A stretch of 64,000 bases of DNA from Octopus vulgaris (GCA_951406725.2 OX597830.1:71176001-71240000); one strand, 5' to 3'. Numbered from the stretch's first letter, positions 28,454 to 44,554 are shown. The notes: generated by a model from the sequence alone, not told the origin. Program-made: numbers and translations.

Positions 28454-28900
28454 AAGAGAGAGAGAGAGAACGGTGGTATGAAAGAAAGACAGATAAACGA
28501 ATGGTAAAATGCTACGAATACCACCGCCAGAGCAGGCCGTTCGTGAAGTGTCTGTCTTTAAACAGCAAGTTTATGTTATACTCCTTATTAACTTAAATTT
28601 TGTTTATCTACTTAAATTCAACGTTTTATGCGAAAGATATTCGATGGGAAAATCATCGAAGACTTCATCGATAAATACTATAGTAGCAATAACGTCAATG
28701 CAAGCGAAAAGTCGGAATGGTAATGAAATTTAAAGCCGAACGAATATATATATATATACTATGGTTATTTTATACGAACGAATAACGAAGTAAGTTGTCG
28801 CAACCAGCTGTTTTTAAGCATACATCGTTGGCGCGCGAAACGATTATGTAAATGTTACTTACAATTCACACATACACACACACAAACAAACAGACACACA

Positions 28901-28950
<50 letters not shown>

Positions 28951-29122
28951 AACACACACAAAGTTACACTTTTACCTTTTTGTTGAATACATTTGGTATA
29001 AAATGTACACGCACCTCCATATATTATACGCAGTATGAAATACAGTAAAAAATATTTTTTTATATATTGAAAGTAGATATGTAGTATGGAAGCATACATA
29101 CGGTCATTCATTCATATATATG

Positions 29123-29273
<151 letters not shown>

Positions 29274-29284
29274 ATATATATATA

Positions 29285-29427
29285 CCTCGTGTGTACCGTT
29301 GGCGATTTTTTTTTCCTCTGTCGTCCCTCTCTGGATCTTTCCTTCTCCTATGTTTCCGACGAAGAGCTCCGCTCGAAACGTTAAACCCTCCTTCTTTCCT
29401 GCTTTCCTGAGCGTCCAATAATACTAT
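29285..29427 (+). mobile_element. Family R element, truncated
   Basis: GTTT-CCGACGA-A-GAGC-TCC-GCTC-GAAA-CG-TT-AAAC at 29352-29386. Confidence 0.85.
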
Positions 29428-29442
29428 AAAATATGTATATAT

Positions 29443-29594
29443 TTGTGCAGATGAGGGCAACTGCATCGAACTCTCTCATGCACCAAGTGGCAGTTGCTAA
29501 AAAGCATTCGTGAAGTAAAATCATGTAGCAACACCAAATGGCGGTGCCCCAGCATGGCCACAGCTTGTGAGCTGAAACTGGATAAAAAAAAAAA
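29443..29594 (+). mobile_element. CR1-like LINE 3' end (ORF end, UTR, poly-A)
   Basis: [13 protein letters not shown] resembles CR1 terminal SNSL motif; UTR nearly identical to 54820-54906 and 62043-62107. Confidence 0.75.
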
Positions 29595-29924
29595 TATATA
29601 TATATATTTATACACAAACACATAAAGATACACACACACACACACACACATATACATAACGTAAAGAAAGTAGAAAACGAAAGTAATATGGAAACAGATG
29701 AATACACATACACACACACACACACAGACGCACACACACACACAGACGTAGACTTACACTCAGACATAAATCTACAAATGCACAGGCCTAGACACATTAC
29801 CAAGTCAACAGCCGTTAAAACTAACAAAATAACATAGCTGGAGTGCCATTCCTGTAGGTAAGTCACTGTCATTGTTTATGTGTATGGTATGTGTATATAC
29901 ATACGTACATACATACATACACAC

Positions 29925-29991
<67 letters not shown>

Positions 29992-30270
29992 CATATAGGT
30001 GTGTGCGTGTCTCTGTATGTATATATACCGCACACACGCATGCATAACACATACATTCACATATAGTCATATATATATATATAAATATATATATATATAG
30101 ATTTAGATGTAGATATATTTATAGATATATATCACACACACATTTGTAATAGCGCCAATATATATATATAATTTCTTCATATTCATACTCACTTATTTAT
30201 ACATATGTCTATCTAACTATCTATGTATCTATCTATCAACCTGTCATCTGTCTGTCTGTCTATGTATGTA

Positions 30271-30322
<52 letters not shown>

Positions 30323-30410
30323 AATATATATACATACATACAAACTCTTATATGTATATATATATATATATAAGTGTTTGTATATATATACATGTGTATA
30401 TATATGTGTC

Positions 30411-30471
<61 letters not shown>

Positions 30472-30488
30472 CAATTAGATTTAAATGT

Positions 30489-30563
<75 letters not shown>

Positions 30564-30742
30564 ACACACACACACATTTATAATAGCGCCAAACAAAACA
30601 GGTTGTTGGAAATGAGGGAAAATAATTGTTTCTAAATTTCATTCTTCTTGTTATTATTGATTCAAACACACAAACATACAACGACATCCATACACACGCA
30701 GTCGATCTCACATATATACATGCCCGCACGCACATATACACA

Positions 30743-30789
<47 letters not shown>

Positions 30790-30939
30790 TTATAAGTGTG
30801 TACGTGTGTGGTTGTAGACATAAATATGCATTCATATTTCTACCATTAGTCTAGGCATGTAAAACATTTCTGTAGAGATATGCGTAGTAATTCTCTTCAT
30901 ATATGGTCGCATATCAATCTATCTATCTACCTACCAATG

Positions 30940-31026
<87 letters not shown>

Positions 31027-31032
31027 ATCTAA

Positions 31033-31080
<48 letters not shown>

Positions 31081-31223
31081 AATATAAATATTTGTAACTT
31101 AGTACGTTGTTAAATATTCCAAAATTACTGGTAGCATTTCGTGTAGTTAGAGATAAGTATGTATACATACATATATACACAGAGGTTTGTCTGTCTGTCT
31201 ATCTATCTATCTATCTATCTATA

Positions 31224-31254
<31 letters not shown>

Positions 31255-32276
31255 GTATCTGTCTATCAATCTCCCCCCTCTCTCTCTCTCTATCTTTCTA
31301 TCTATCTTTCTATCTATCTGTCTGTCGGTCTATCTATCTGTGTATCTATAATTGTGTGTGTGTGTGTCCTTAAATATTTCTGTGTCTACGGACGTACATG
31401 TCTTCGTGAATATATATGTGTTCGAGAGATATAAACTTCTCTTTGTATGTGCATGTTTGCATATCAGTGATGTGTGTTTATATTTATTTATGTTTGCCCT
31501 ATTTTATTGTGCGTGCGGTTCTCTTTATGAGAATCTCATTGCTATCTTATTACATTGACCCAAACTTAGATCATCTCCTCAACCCCCGTATCTCACTCCT
31601 ATCTTCCTTTCACATTCTCCCCACTCTCTCAATCCCATTCATCCTTTTCGTATCTCTCCTTCTCTCTATCTTTATTTCTCAACCTTTATATCACTCATTC
31701 TTTAACCAGTTTCTTCCTCATTCTTTCGAAGACTGTTCCGTCATTACTTTTTATACCATATTTCAATCCAAACCATATTATCTCCGTTTATCTCTTTCGT
31801 GATGTTATGTTTCTATCTTTTCTCTAACACTTTCTGTATTTGATCCTATCATTTCCCTCGTCTGTCCCTTCGCTTCTTCTAGTCTATGTTTTATCTTTTC
31901 TTCCTACTTTAGAGTATTGTTCAGTTTATCGTCATTTTCTTTTGTCTTTCAGACCATCAACTGGAATGTATGCATGTATATATGTATGTATTTATGTACG
32001 TACGTATGTATGTGTGTATGTATGTACGTACGTACATACGTATGTATGTATGTACGTATGTATGTATGTATGTATGTATGTATGTATGTATGTATGTATC
32101 TATGTATCTATGTATTTATGAATGTATGCATGTATGTATGTATGCATGTATGTATAAATGCATATATGTATGTATATATATAAATGCATGTATGAGTGCA
32201 TATATGTACGTATCTATATATTTAAATCTATATATATATGTATGCATGTATATATGTGTGTATATGTATATGTATG

Positions 32277-32318
<42 letters not shown>

Positions 32319-32402
32319 TGTAAGTATATAATTATGAGAGAGCGCGCAAATACATAAATACACACACACAAACACACACATGCGCACGCACACACACACA
32401 CC

Positions 32403-32466
<64 letters not shown>

Positions 32467-32678
32467 GAACCGGCCTCAACAAATGGCTGCACGCCGTGGA
32501 AACTCCAGAATAAAAAGTCACTTGACCGGCTCAAGTTAACTACTGTAAATAACGTGTATGTTGGGGATTTTTTCTTCACCTAATGATGGATATACGTTCG
32601 TATATATTTATGTGTATGTGTAAGTGTGTGCATGAGTGTGTTCGTGTATATGTGTGGTTATATATGTATATCTATATG

Positions 32679-32713
<35 letters not shown>

Positions 32714-32954
32714 ACATATATACACATGTGATTGTTAAGTTAAATTTATTAAATTAAAATCAAATTAAGAATAACAATAGAATAGTATTTAATAAATGTA
32801 TCAATTACAAATTACAGTCAAATATATTATAAAATTGATTTTGATGAGAATTTTATTCGGGCTTTGATGGCTTATGCAGAATGACTTACTGAATAAGCTA
32901 AAGTCACAGTTGAAAGGAAAGAAGAAAAATTATAACATATATACACGTATATAC

Positions 32955-32992
<38 letters not shown>

Positions 32993-33172
32993 ATACACAT
33001 ACCTGTGTGTGCGCATCTATGTTTACATACACGCACTTACAAATACACACACACACAGACACACTCACACACATATATATATATATATATATAGGCATAT
33101 ATATCATAGACCTATATGTAGATATTTGCATCTCTATACCTATGTGTGTCTATATATGTGTTTGTAAATGTA

Positions 33173-33223
<51 letters not shown>

Positions 33224-33253
33224 TATATATGTAGATAGATAGATATGTGTACA

Positions 33254-33322
<69 letters not shown>

Positions 33323-33389
33323 CGTTTATATTTGTATATATACATATATATATATTGGCTAAACTGGCAAAATGACCATTCCGAAATAT

Positions 33390-33436
<47 letters not shown>

Positions 33437-33503
33437 TAAATATATATATACATATATATATATTCATATATATGTATATATATATCCGTATATATGCATA
33501 TAT

Positions 33504-33551
<48 letters not shown>

Positions 33552-33627
33552 GCATATATATATTTACAAATGTATGCATTCTTTCATATATCTAAATATA
33601 TGTCTGTTTATATGCATATGTAAATAC

Positions 33628-33665
<38 letters not shown>

Positions 33666-34317
33666 ACACCTGCATATATAAGAGTCTGTGTATGTACGTA
33701 TCTGTTTTTATATACACCACCATGTACTTCGTCCTTTTCCTCCTCCGCCTCCTCCTTCTCATCTTCATTATCATCATCATCATCATCATCATTGCTGTTA
33801 TAAATTTGATTATCGCATCAATCGCAGAAGCAACAGCAAAGCAACAAATCATTATTGTTATTAGACACTTTTCTGGCACTTTTTGCTTATTTATTTGAAT
33901 CCGTAGACCAGCAGCAAATATATCGTGCAATATTTAGCACCTACAGTTTACGATGTATGTACTCGATCCTGATGCATTCAGCATCTTAACCTTCTCAGTC
34001 GTCGACGAAATAGTAAGCCCGTTGTATAAATCCTGCTACGGAACAATTTGTTATCTTCACGATATCGTATTTTCACGGTCTTGTTACTATGGTTGCAATT
34101 AATACTTCGTTATCTCCCCTTGCGTTCCGCGTTCAAATTCTGTTATACAAATTTTGTTATTTCAATATTCCTAGGTATTCCAGGGCATGGCAAATATATC
34201 ACTTCTGTAGATTTGTAATTTAGTACCTTGTTAAATATTCCAAAATTACTCGTAATTACTTATTTCGCGTAGTTAGAGATAAGTATATACACATACATAT
34301 ATACACAGAGGTTTGTA

Positions 34318-34369
<52 letters not shown>

Positions 34370-34596
34370 AATCTATAAATATATGTGTGTGTGTGTGTGT
34401 GCGTGTGTGTGAGTGTGTGTAAGTGTGTGTATGTAAGTGTGTGCGTATATAAATATATATATATATTTATATATATATATGCAGCACGGATTTTAGCGAC
34501 GAAAATATTTTGACAAATTAAACTTAATTATTGAAGTGAATCGAACGGCTTTTGTGTGTTTCTTAAATGGCTTACAAACACATTCCACGCTGCAAT

Positions 34597-34724
<128 letters not shown>

Positions 34725-34952
34725 GGGGAATTAAATAGACCAAGCTTACCGCAAGAAGCACTCACACAATCGGTGGCCATCAGAAGTTGTGTGAAAGAAA
34801 TATTTCTGCTGTGGGGAGCATAATTAAATACATGAGGTTTATATCCATCTGAGAGTATAACTAAATATAATCGAAGCGTGCAGTTTATGTTATAACGTTT
34901 AAACCTGAGAATAATCCGTATACGTTAAACTCCACTTTGCAGCTATAGTCTA

Positions 34953-35024
<72 letters not shown>

Positions 35025-35522
35025 CACACACACATGTATGTATTGATGTATGTAGGTATGTAAGCTTGCATATACGACAGGGGTACGAAAATACTACAAG
35101 GTGTGCGAAATATCCTTACCTGCCGTCTTCAACTAAACTTGAAAAAGTACTTCGGTGACCATAGTCTTAAATATTACTAAGATTTAGAAATGGTCGTTAT
35201 AGGAACATTTTTGACTCTAGTTTTGTTATAATTAAGTATTAGTTGAGGGCCAATGAATAAAAGCTATTGATTACTATAAGAATATGAACAGCAACATTAA
35301 CAAACAAATAAATATTTCTATTACTAACAGCATTTAGTACCGTATTACAGGATAGGAACAGTGAAGGGTAGCGCGAGTGGAGTTAGGGGTTGCCACGTAC
35401 ATTGGGGCCTCAAAATTGTACTGGTATATGTAAGGGCTCCATGGTATTACTTGGTTAATTGGGGTTTTATAATGCTGTTAGGATGGAGTCAGAGCACCAA
35501 CAACTAATACATCTACTGCTCA

Positions 35523-35590
<68 letters not shown>

Positions 35591-35937
35591 TTACTACTAC
35601 TACTACTATCAGATTTATGAGTACAGATAAAAGCTGAAGCCACTGCAATAACAACATGGGAAGAAGAACTAAATATTTACGTTCTTTTTAACAAATAAAA
35701 TTAATTCAAGTGTCAAAAGTTTTATTTGCTGACACCCATTATGCAATATTCGTACAAAGATTATATCAATGTATCTGTTAAAAGATACACAAAAGTTTAT
35801 ACATGACACCTTTATGAGATGTGGTATATATTATATGTGTGTACATGTATGTATATATATATATATATATATGTATACATATATATACAATTATATATAT
35901 ACATACATATATATATGTATATTTATATATATGTATG

Positions 35938-35980
<43 letters not shown>

Positions 35981-37169
35981 ATATATATATATATGTATTA
36001 TATATAAAAACATATATATGTATAGAAATATATATATATATAAATACAAATATATATGCCTTTTGATATATATATACATACATATATGCAAATATATATA
36101 TAAATAAATATAATATGAATAAAAAATGGGGCTAACGCAGGTTTAAACAAGTATTTTTACTTTCTACATATGTTTCGAAAATTCCACTGATACAACATCT
36201 TTACTTGTGCGATTTTTGCTGCCCTGGTAACTATTTATTTATTTTTCCGTGTTAATTATTAACAAGGTATAATACACTCATCTATTTATATATAAATATA
36301 TATGCATATATATATACCTATATACATATGTATATATATATATATATACAAATATATATACGTACATATATATATATACACATAAATAGAAACATATACA
36401 TAAATGTATACATATATATTATGTACAAATGCATACACATATATATATATATTCATACACATACATATATATACACACACATACATACATACATACATAC
36501 ATACATACATACATACTACATGCTTAAATACATATACATAAATATAAATTTATAGATGTATAAATAAAAGAAAAAATATATGCACGTATATACATAGAGA
36601 AATGCATCATATATACAGAAATAGATTCACACATATACTACACATATATATATATATACAGACGTTTGTGTGTGTGCGAATGCATATGTGTGTATGAGTG
36701 CAGATTTATACACACATATGCACAGATGCACATCTACATATATATGTATAAAAACAGACATACACACACACACACACAGAGTGACATATACACAAACATA
36801 TACACATACGCACTTATATATATATATGGGTGTGTGTTTATGTTCGTGAAACATGCGTGCATATATAAATACGTTATATTTAAAAGTGCGTAAATACTGT
36901 ATATATATAGATAAGCATGTGTGTAAATATGCAACAAAACGTCCAAACGCATCAAACTCTTAAGCAAGAGGTACCTTGATCGTAATTATAATCATTAAGA
37001 TCGATTATTATGCAATAATAATTTCATATTTAATATATACAAAAAAATAAGACCTATAAATTTTTAAAGTATGTTCGCGTGGGTATTTGCGTGTTAATTT
37101 TGCTACATGAAATTTCACTATGTATAGGTTACATACATATATATGTCTATTTATCTATCTATTTATCTA

Positions 37170-37216
<47 letters not shown>

Positions 37217-37218
<2 letters not shown>

Positions 37219-37338
37219 CAGCCGAAATTGCGAGGATGATCCGGTTCTTGACTGAAGATTAGAGGCTTCGAATGACCCGTGCGTTCTTTGTGTCGTCTAT
37301 TTGAGTGTTTTGCGTTCTTGTCCCATTTTGTATTTTTA
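37217..37338 (+). mobile_element. TA-embedded short repeat, family G
   Basis: Matches 9115-9250 in reverse complement. Confidence 0.6.
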
Positions 37339-37414
37339 TATATATTTTTTATACATACATACATATATATATAAATACATATATATATATATATAAATGT
37401 ATATAACTATATAC

Positions 37415-37503
<89 letters not shown>

Positions 37504-37634
37504 GCGAATAAGAAAATGAAGAATCACATTAGTTGGTTCATCAACTTTAGGATAAAAACACTTGTGTATTATATATTGGATAAATATTATCCCTTAGTGG
37601 GTTGGACCCACAACCCCTAACTTTCTTGGTGTAA

Positions 37635-37699
<65 letters not shown>

Positions 37700-37706
<7 letters not shown>

Positions 37707-38011
37707 AATATTAGGGAATAAATCCAAAATTACAGGGAAAAAATCAGATTTAGGATTAAATCCAATTTATAGTAAAATATTATATAATATTAATTCAAGA
37801 CAAAACCACTATTTTGCAAATCAAACAAGGAAAGACTTAATCAATACATAAAAAATTTTAATATAAAGTAAATAAATCGCCACTACAATTGTTTCATGTC
37901 TTCAAATGACATTCGTCATGTGGATTTCCGATCTTCTATTCAGTTTTATTTTTTTACGTATTGATTAAGTCTTTCTTTGTTTGATTTGCAAAATAGTGGT
38001 TTTGTCTCGAA

Positions 38012-38022
<11 letters not shown>
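37700..38022 (-). mobile_element. Penelope-like terminal-repeat element family P with inverted second arm
   Basis: Matches 52496-52820 and 63332-63420; inverted arms ~37783-37856 and ~37948-38022; (TA)n on both sides. Confidence 0.85.
37880..37923 (-). ncRNA. Minimal type-I hammerhead motif (C3 mutated to A)
   Basis: CCAC-ATGACGA-ATGTC-ATTTGAA-GACAT-GAAA-CAATTG-TA-GTGG. Confidence 0.75.
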
Positions 38023-38060
<38 letters not shown>

Positions 38061-38120
38061 TATTAAATACCTGTATGTCATCTCCAAAACTTCCAGTATA
38101 TATATATATATATATACACA

Positions 38121-38310
38121 TTATTTAAAAAGCAACAGAAATATCACAAAAACTGTTACTCAGAACTTCAAGTTCTCGTTCGTAAAACTTTGAGTAAAGG
38201 GTTTTTGTGATATTCTGCTGATTTTAAATACACCATATTACTCTAGCTGTGGTATTTGAGTACTCTTTTTTCCACCTTATTTCAAATTCATGTACTTAAC
38301 CCGGTATATA
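38121..38310. mobile_element. Fold-back short element with decayed hammerhead-like centre
   Basis: Arms TATTTAAAAAGCAACAGAAATATCACAAAAAC..TTACTCA / TGAGTAA..GTTTTTGTGATATTCTG..TTTTAAATA. Confidence 0.55.
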
Positions 38311-38519
38311 CACACACACACACACACTGAAAGGCACATATGCGGCTATACGAGTTTAAATACATAAGAAACGGATGCGGAGGGTATGATACCATTATCA
38401 AAATACTAAGATAGAACTATACAAAACAAAATAGTTTTGAAAGAGTAAAAACAACCATATTTAATCAGAATGATACGCTTCACTTCTGCCCTGGATTCTA
38501 CTATGTCAATATTTATAAT

Positions 38520-38521
38520 TA

Positions 38522-38581
<60 letters not shown>

Positions 38582-38595
38582 CATCATCATCATCA

Positions 38596-38689
<94 letters not shown>

Positions 38690-38703
38690 CATCATCATCA
38701 TCA

Positions 38704-38791
<88 letters not shown>

Positions 38792-38800
38792 CATTATTAT
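38520..38800. repeat. (TTA)n/(TCA)n compound microsatellite
   Basis: Direct reading. Confidence 0.97.
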
Positions 38801-39031
38801 AATTAATTATTAAAGGGTTGTTATACAAATTTATTTATTAGATGAGAATATGTAATATAAGGGAGCGCTGTGATATCTTGCATGATGTTGTTTATTAATC
38901 TGCATCTGCCATGTACTTTTATTAGCACGATTTTTGTTAACATTCTACTGTCCATACATTCATACATACATACATATTTGTGTGTGCATGTGTGTGTGTG
39001 TCTTTGTGTGCATGAGTGTGTGTATCCGAAT

Positions 39032-39086
<55 letters not shown>

Positions 39087-39199
39087 GTACATATCCTACG
39101 CCAATAAACCACTAATATTCCTGAAAGCTTTTTGCATACCTTCTACAGACTGCACGAAGCTTACTAACTTTTTACACCTGGATACTTTGATCTTACGTT

Positions 39200-39424
39200 T
39201 ACTTATTATAGAGGACTGAACACTAAAAGTGGACAGCCTGAATGCTAGATATAGACTTCAAAATCGCCATTTTCCACGAAGAATGTCTTCTCAAAAAACC
39301 AAAGTGTAAACATAAGCAAGACAAATGAAAATATACGAAAAAAAAATTAATTAATCTTCGGATTTTTCAAAATATGCTAGGCCACTGGTTTTAATTGATT
39401 AATATCAAATTTCTACCCTTATAC

Positions 39425-39428
<4 letters not shown>
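39200..39428 (+). mobile_element. TA-embedded element family D
   Basis: Second copy at 27340-27505. Confidence 0.6.
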
Positions 39429-39467
<39 letters not shown>

Positions 39468-39558
39468 TTCAGCAAAAATTTAGATTCGAATGAATATGGT
39501 ACTTAATTTAGATGCACCAGAATTTTGTATGGTGTTATCCATAAAAAATTGTAGGGTG

Positions 39559-39630
<72 letters not shown>

Positions 39631-39655
39631 AAATCTTTAATTTATGAGCATCATG

Positions 39656-39785
39656 TGCTTCATCACATACCGAAATTTAGAAATAGCAGTTAAAATACTC
39701 CCAGATATTGCTATCTGGGAGTTATTTTATGATAGTAGAATAGCATTTTAACTGCTATTTCTAAATTTCGGTATGTGGTGAAGCA
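39656..39785. repeat. Nested hairpin: 41 bp arms enclosing an 11 bp hairpin
   Basis: TGCTTCATCACATACCGAAATTTAGAAATAGCAGTTAAAAT and its reverse complement; inner ACTCCCAGATA-TTGC-TATCTGGGAGT. Confidence 0.9.
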
Positions 39786-39940
39786 TATTGCGTTGAGCCC
39801 TAATTATAATTATGCTCACAATTGTAGAATTTTTGAATAAGTTTACCGATAATTGTTCTTTTAACATACCGAAGTACCTGTTAAAATTATCAATTATTAA
39901 TTTTACTCTATATCATTTTTGAAATGCATATATATATACA

Positions 39941-40032
<92 letters not shown>

Positions 40033-40605
40033 CATACATACATACATACACATACAGACATATATATATACACATGTATGTAAGTATATAGATATACATA
40101 TGCGTGTAAGTATATATATAGTATAGCATATATATATGATATCTAATGTATATATTATAGATACGTGTGTGTGTGGGGGGGGTGAGGACATATCTATGGT
40201 TTGGCTTCGCGTCGGAAACAGCTGTAGTGAAACTTTAACCCGTCTGTGTGTATATATATATATATATAAGCAAATTTTATGTTGAATACTATACCAAACA
40301 AAAGATGAGCAAATGGTTGTTGATGGCATCAAATCGTCTTGAAATTTCTTACACTGATAAGCATATAAAATAAATATTATTAAAGGATTGTTATGAAAAA
40401 ATAAATTGGAAAATAATCAACAGCAATTTTTTATACATTTGTAGAAATCCAAGAACTTCATCTGCAAAAGCACAACAATAAATAATACTGTTTATAATTC
40501 ATATTAATGTATTTCGTGTATATATATACATATCATGTTGAATACTATATATGCATTATATATATATATATATTAGAAGGTTTGGAGATGATGTACAGGA
40601 ATTTT

Positions 40606-40908
40606 ATATTAGAAGAAATGAGGTACTCAGAAATTCAGATGATTTTATATTTACAGATATATATTTGTATATTACATGTTTTTATACATTATATAACTTA
40701 TATATCATATATTTGCGTTTTCGTCCATTCTGGTAGATATTTCAAATTGAACTAAGTTCAGTTTGAAAACTCCACCAGAATGGACGAAAGCGCTGATATA
40801 TGATATATGATCTAAGTTATATGATGTATAAAAACATGTAATATACTAATAAATATCTGTAAATATAAACCCATCCGAATTTCTGAGTACCTCATTTTTT
40901 CTAATGTA
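40606..40908. repeat. ~300 bp quasi-perfect palindrome
   Basis: Arms pair from TTAGAAGAAATGAGGTACTCAGAAATT to centre TGAAC-TAA-GTTCA (~40754). Confidence 0.92.
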
Positions 40909-41226
40909 TATATATAAATATCCATATATATAGACATATGTACATATATATATATGGATATATATACGTATATATATACGTATATATATACGTATATATA
41001 TACGTATATATGTGTATTTATGTATATTCCCATACAAAGGTATCCTTACCTATATATTTGTGTGTGTGTATATATATATATATATATGAGAGTATATATA
41101 TATACGTATATATACGTATATATATATATGTATGTATGTATGTATAGACGTATATATATATATATATATATATACGTACATACATATATATATATATATA
41201 CAAATATACATATACATACATGCATA

Positions 41227-41264
<38 letters not shown>

Positions 41265-41271
<7 letters not shown>

Positions 41272-41380
41272 AATAAAAGAATGGAGTCGAACGAGGATTT
41301 TAACACAATTCCTTTAATTTCAACACGTTTCGAAGTCTGCATATTCTTAATTCTGAAGGTGCATTATGCCGTCTTCTCAT
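41265..41380 (-). mobile_element. TA-embedded fragment with 5'-truncated hammerhead-like motif
   Basis: Minus strand ATGA-GAAGAC..GACTTC-GAAA-CGTG-TT-GAAA; the CTG of the core is replaced by (TA)n. Confidence 0.45.
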
Positions 41381-41472
41381 ATATATATATGCATATATAT
41401 ATATACATACATTTTATCCAATGGGAGATGTATTCATGTATATTCCCATACAAAGGTATCCTCACCTATATA

Positions 41473-41535
<63 letters not shown>

Positions 41536-41606
41536 ATACATACATATATATATAGACAGAGAAAGAGAGATAGATGTACATAAGATTCGTGTATATACTT
41601 CTGTAC

Positions 41607-41640
<34 letters not shown>

Positions 41641-42031
41641 TTGTGTGTGTATGAGTTTGTGTGTGTATGTGTGTGTGTGTGATGTAGGTGGGTAGGTAGG
41701 TAGGTAGCTAGCTAGATAATATATAGATTGTTAGATAGATAGAGAGATAGTTAGATTACTTAAATATGATAGTTAAATATGTAGGTAGATATGTGTATGA
41801 ATGTATGTATTTGTGTACGTATATGGAAATTCTTCCTGCAGAATACTTCGATTATTCATTATGCCGCTCTGGGTTTCACGTTCAAATTCTGATGCAGTGA
41901 ATTTTAACATAAGAGTGTTTTAGAGCATCCGGAGAGATCACTATAGTTTTCTCTACCGGACCACTAAATCCCTTTTTAGCATATAATTATAAATGCATCA
42001 TGACACTTAGCACTAGCACTGAATCTATCTG

Positions 42032-42103
<72 letters not shown>

Positions 42104-42316
42104 ACTATATTCTTTGAGCCTTGTGTGTGAAAGTTCGTATTTATATACACAGACACACACACACATACACGCAGCAAAATGCACACACACACAGACAAAC
42201 ATGTATACATATATATAATATATATATATATACGTACATACATACATACGTATATATATATACATATATACATACATATACACACACATACATACATACA
42301 GACATATATACATATA

Positions 42317-42379
<63 letters not shown>

Positions 42380-43535
42380 GTGCATGTGCTTGTATGCAGT
42401 TATATTTTATAAAATTACATGTGCACATACATATACCTATAAGTTGTGTTTGTGAGTATTTTAATGTTGCTCTTGTCATTTTGTAGAAACCGTCAGTTGA
42501 TACGTGAACAGATGTATATATTATCGGAATCTTTCACTTCTAAAAGATGGGAATATGTTTATTGTCATAAATTTGCATAATCTACAGATGCACATACAAC
42601 GGGCGTCACTTGGACAACGAAGATGAAACTGTGACTTGCATACTGCTTATACTCTTAGTTTTAGGTCTCAGGGTATTGTTCAGTTATATGGAAGTGTTCT
42701 CCAGAGAACAAGGAAAACACGAGATTTTGTTATGGGCTCACCGCGCATACATAAATTTAAATGCACACTCATTCCGCAAGATACCTTCTATTAATATGAC
42801 TTCCATTAAAACTTCCTTGAATCACATTTTCGGTTCCTATTTGACTATAGAATCCACTGCGTGACAGAAGTAGCTGATTTCCAGCCATGCAATTTATCAC
42901 ACACATGATGGCAGCCTCCAACGAGCATTTGTCGCTGAGCGCCAGCAGGTGGTATACTTCTCCAAAGGAGTTCCCAGACGTAACAGTCACTGTGTTTCAA
43001 ATCAAGTGATTTAGGAGGCCATTTGTCCGTATAGTCAGGTGTTCATACGTAAACCCCAGGTCTTATCGGTTAGGGACATGCTTTCTCTTCCACACGATAG
43101 ATTTGCATGTTACGTTCCACCACATATCAAATGGTGGAATCCGTCATACTGAGGTGACGACATTGAAGCGAACAGAGCTGGTCATTTACGGAAACATAGA
43201 ACTGGAAGACAAAAGCAGTTAGCAGGTCAACATATGGTCAACAACGAGGCTTCTACTACTTCATCGTCCAAGTCACAGATATCATGTATACACAGTAGCT
43301 TTCCAGCTCTTTGATAAGTCCGAAACATCAGGACAAGACAATCATTTCTGAGACGACGTGGTGGGATCTACCCTGATTACATTTAGAAAATCAGGTTGCA
43401 ACCTGCCATAATGATGGTAATGCCATTTTCTTAATACGTCATACATATACAAGTAATTCTCAGGGGCCATTGTTGGTCTGGCAATTGACTTCGAGTACCT
43501 GTTCCAAGATACTGTCCATGACGCACATCCGCGGG

Positions 43536-43620
<85 letters not shown>

Positions 43621-43716
43621 ATCTATCTCCTTCATCTTTCTCTCTCTCTCTCCCTATGTATATGTATATGTAGGAATGCGATTGTCTGCCTATATGTATA
43701 TATCTATCTATCTATA

Positions 43717-43781
<65 letters not shown>

Positions 43782-43784
43782 TAC

Positions 43785-43815
<31 letters not shown>

Positions 43816-44496
43816 TTGATATAGGTATATATTCACCCCACCTCAAAGAAAATAAAACTGAATTCGTATTATTGTCACAGCTGGAATGCTCCTTCAAAGA
43901 TCACCTGGGTCTACATAAATCTTAGTTACACACACATACATACATACATACATACATACATACATACATACATACATACATACACACATAGATGCATGCA
44001 TGCATGCTCACACACACTCATATATATAAATATATATGTATATATATATATGTATATATGTATATATGTAGGTATATTTTTATATACATACATATATACA
44101 TACATATATACATACATGCATACATACACACATACATATATATATATATACACATAGACATATATATAATCATGGTAAATACTAAAGAAAAAGGGTACTT
44201 AGTACATTTGTGAAGATTTATATTGGAAATTTGAAGATGTGGATGTTCTCATATGGCATACGTATTAACACATATAATATATATAAGTGAACATACCCAC
44301 ACGCACGCATATACACGCACATATATACACACACATGGCCAGACATATCACTCATCTATAAATGTACATAAATGTGTATATATGTACATATACATATATG
44401 CACATGAAATGTGTGTGCATATATAAAGATGTAGAGAGATAGATTAACTGATAGGCAGTTATATATATATATGTTTGTGTTTCTATCTATCCATCA

Positions 44497-44546
<50 letters not shown>

Positions 44547-44554
44547 TGCGTGTT

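Noticed and set aside
36160-36225. Minus-strand GAAA-CATATG-TA-GAA hammerhead 3' half
   Set aside because: No recognisable CUGAnGA upstream; only suggestive.
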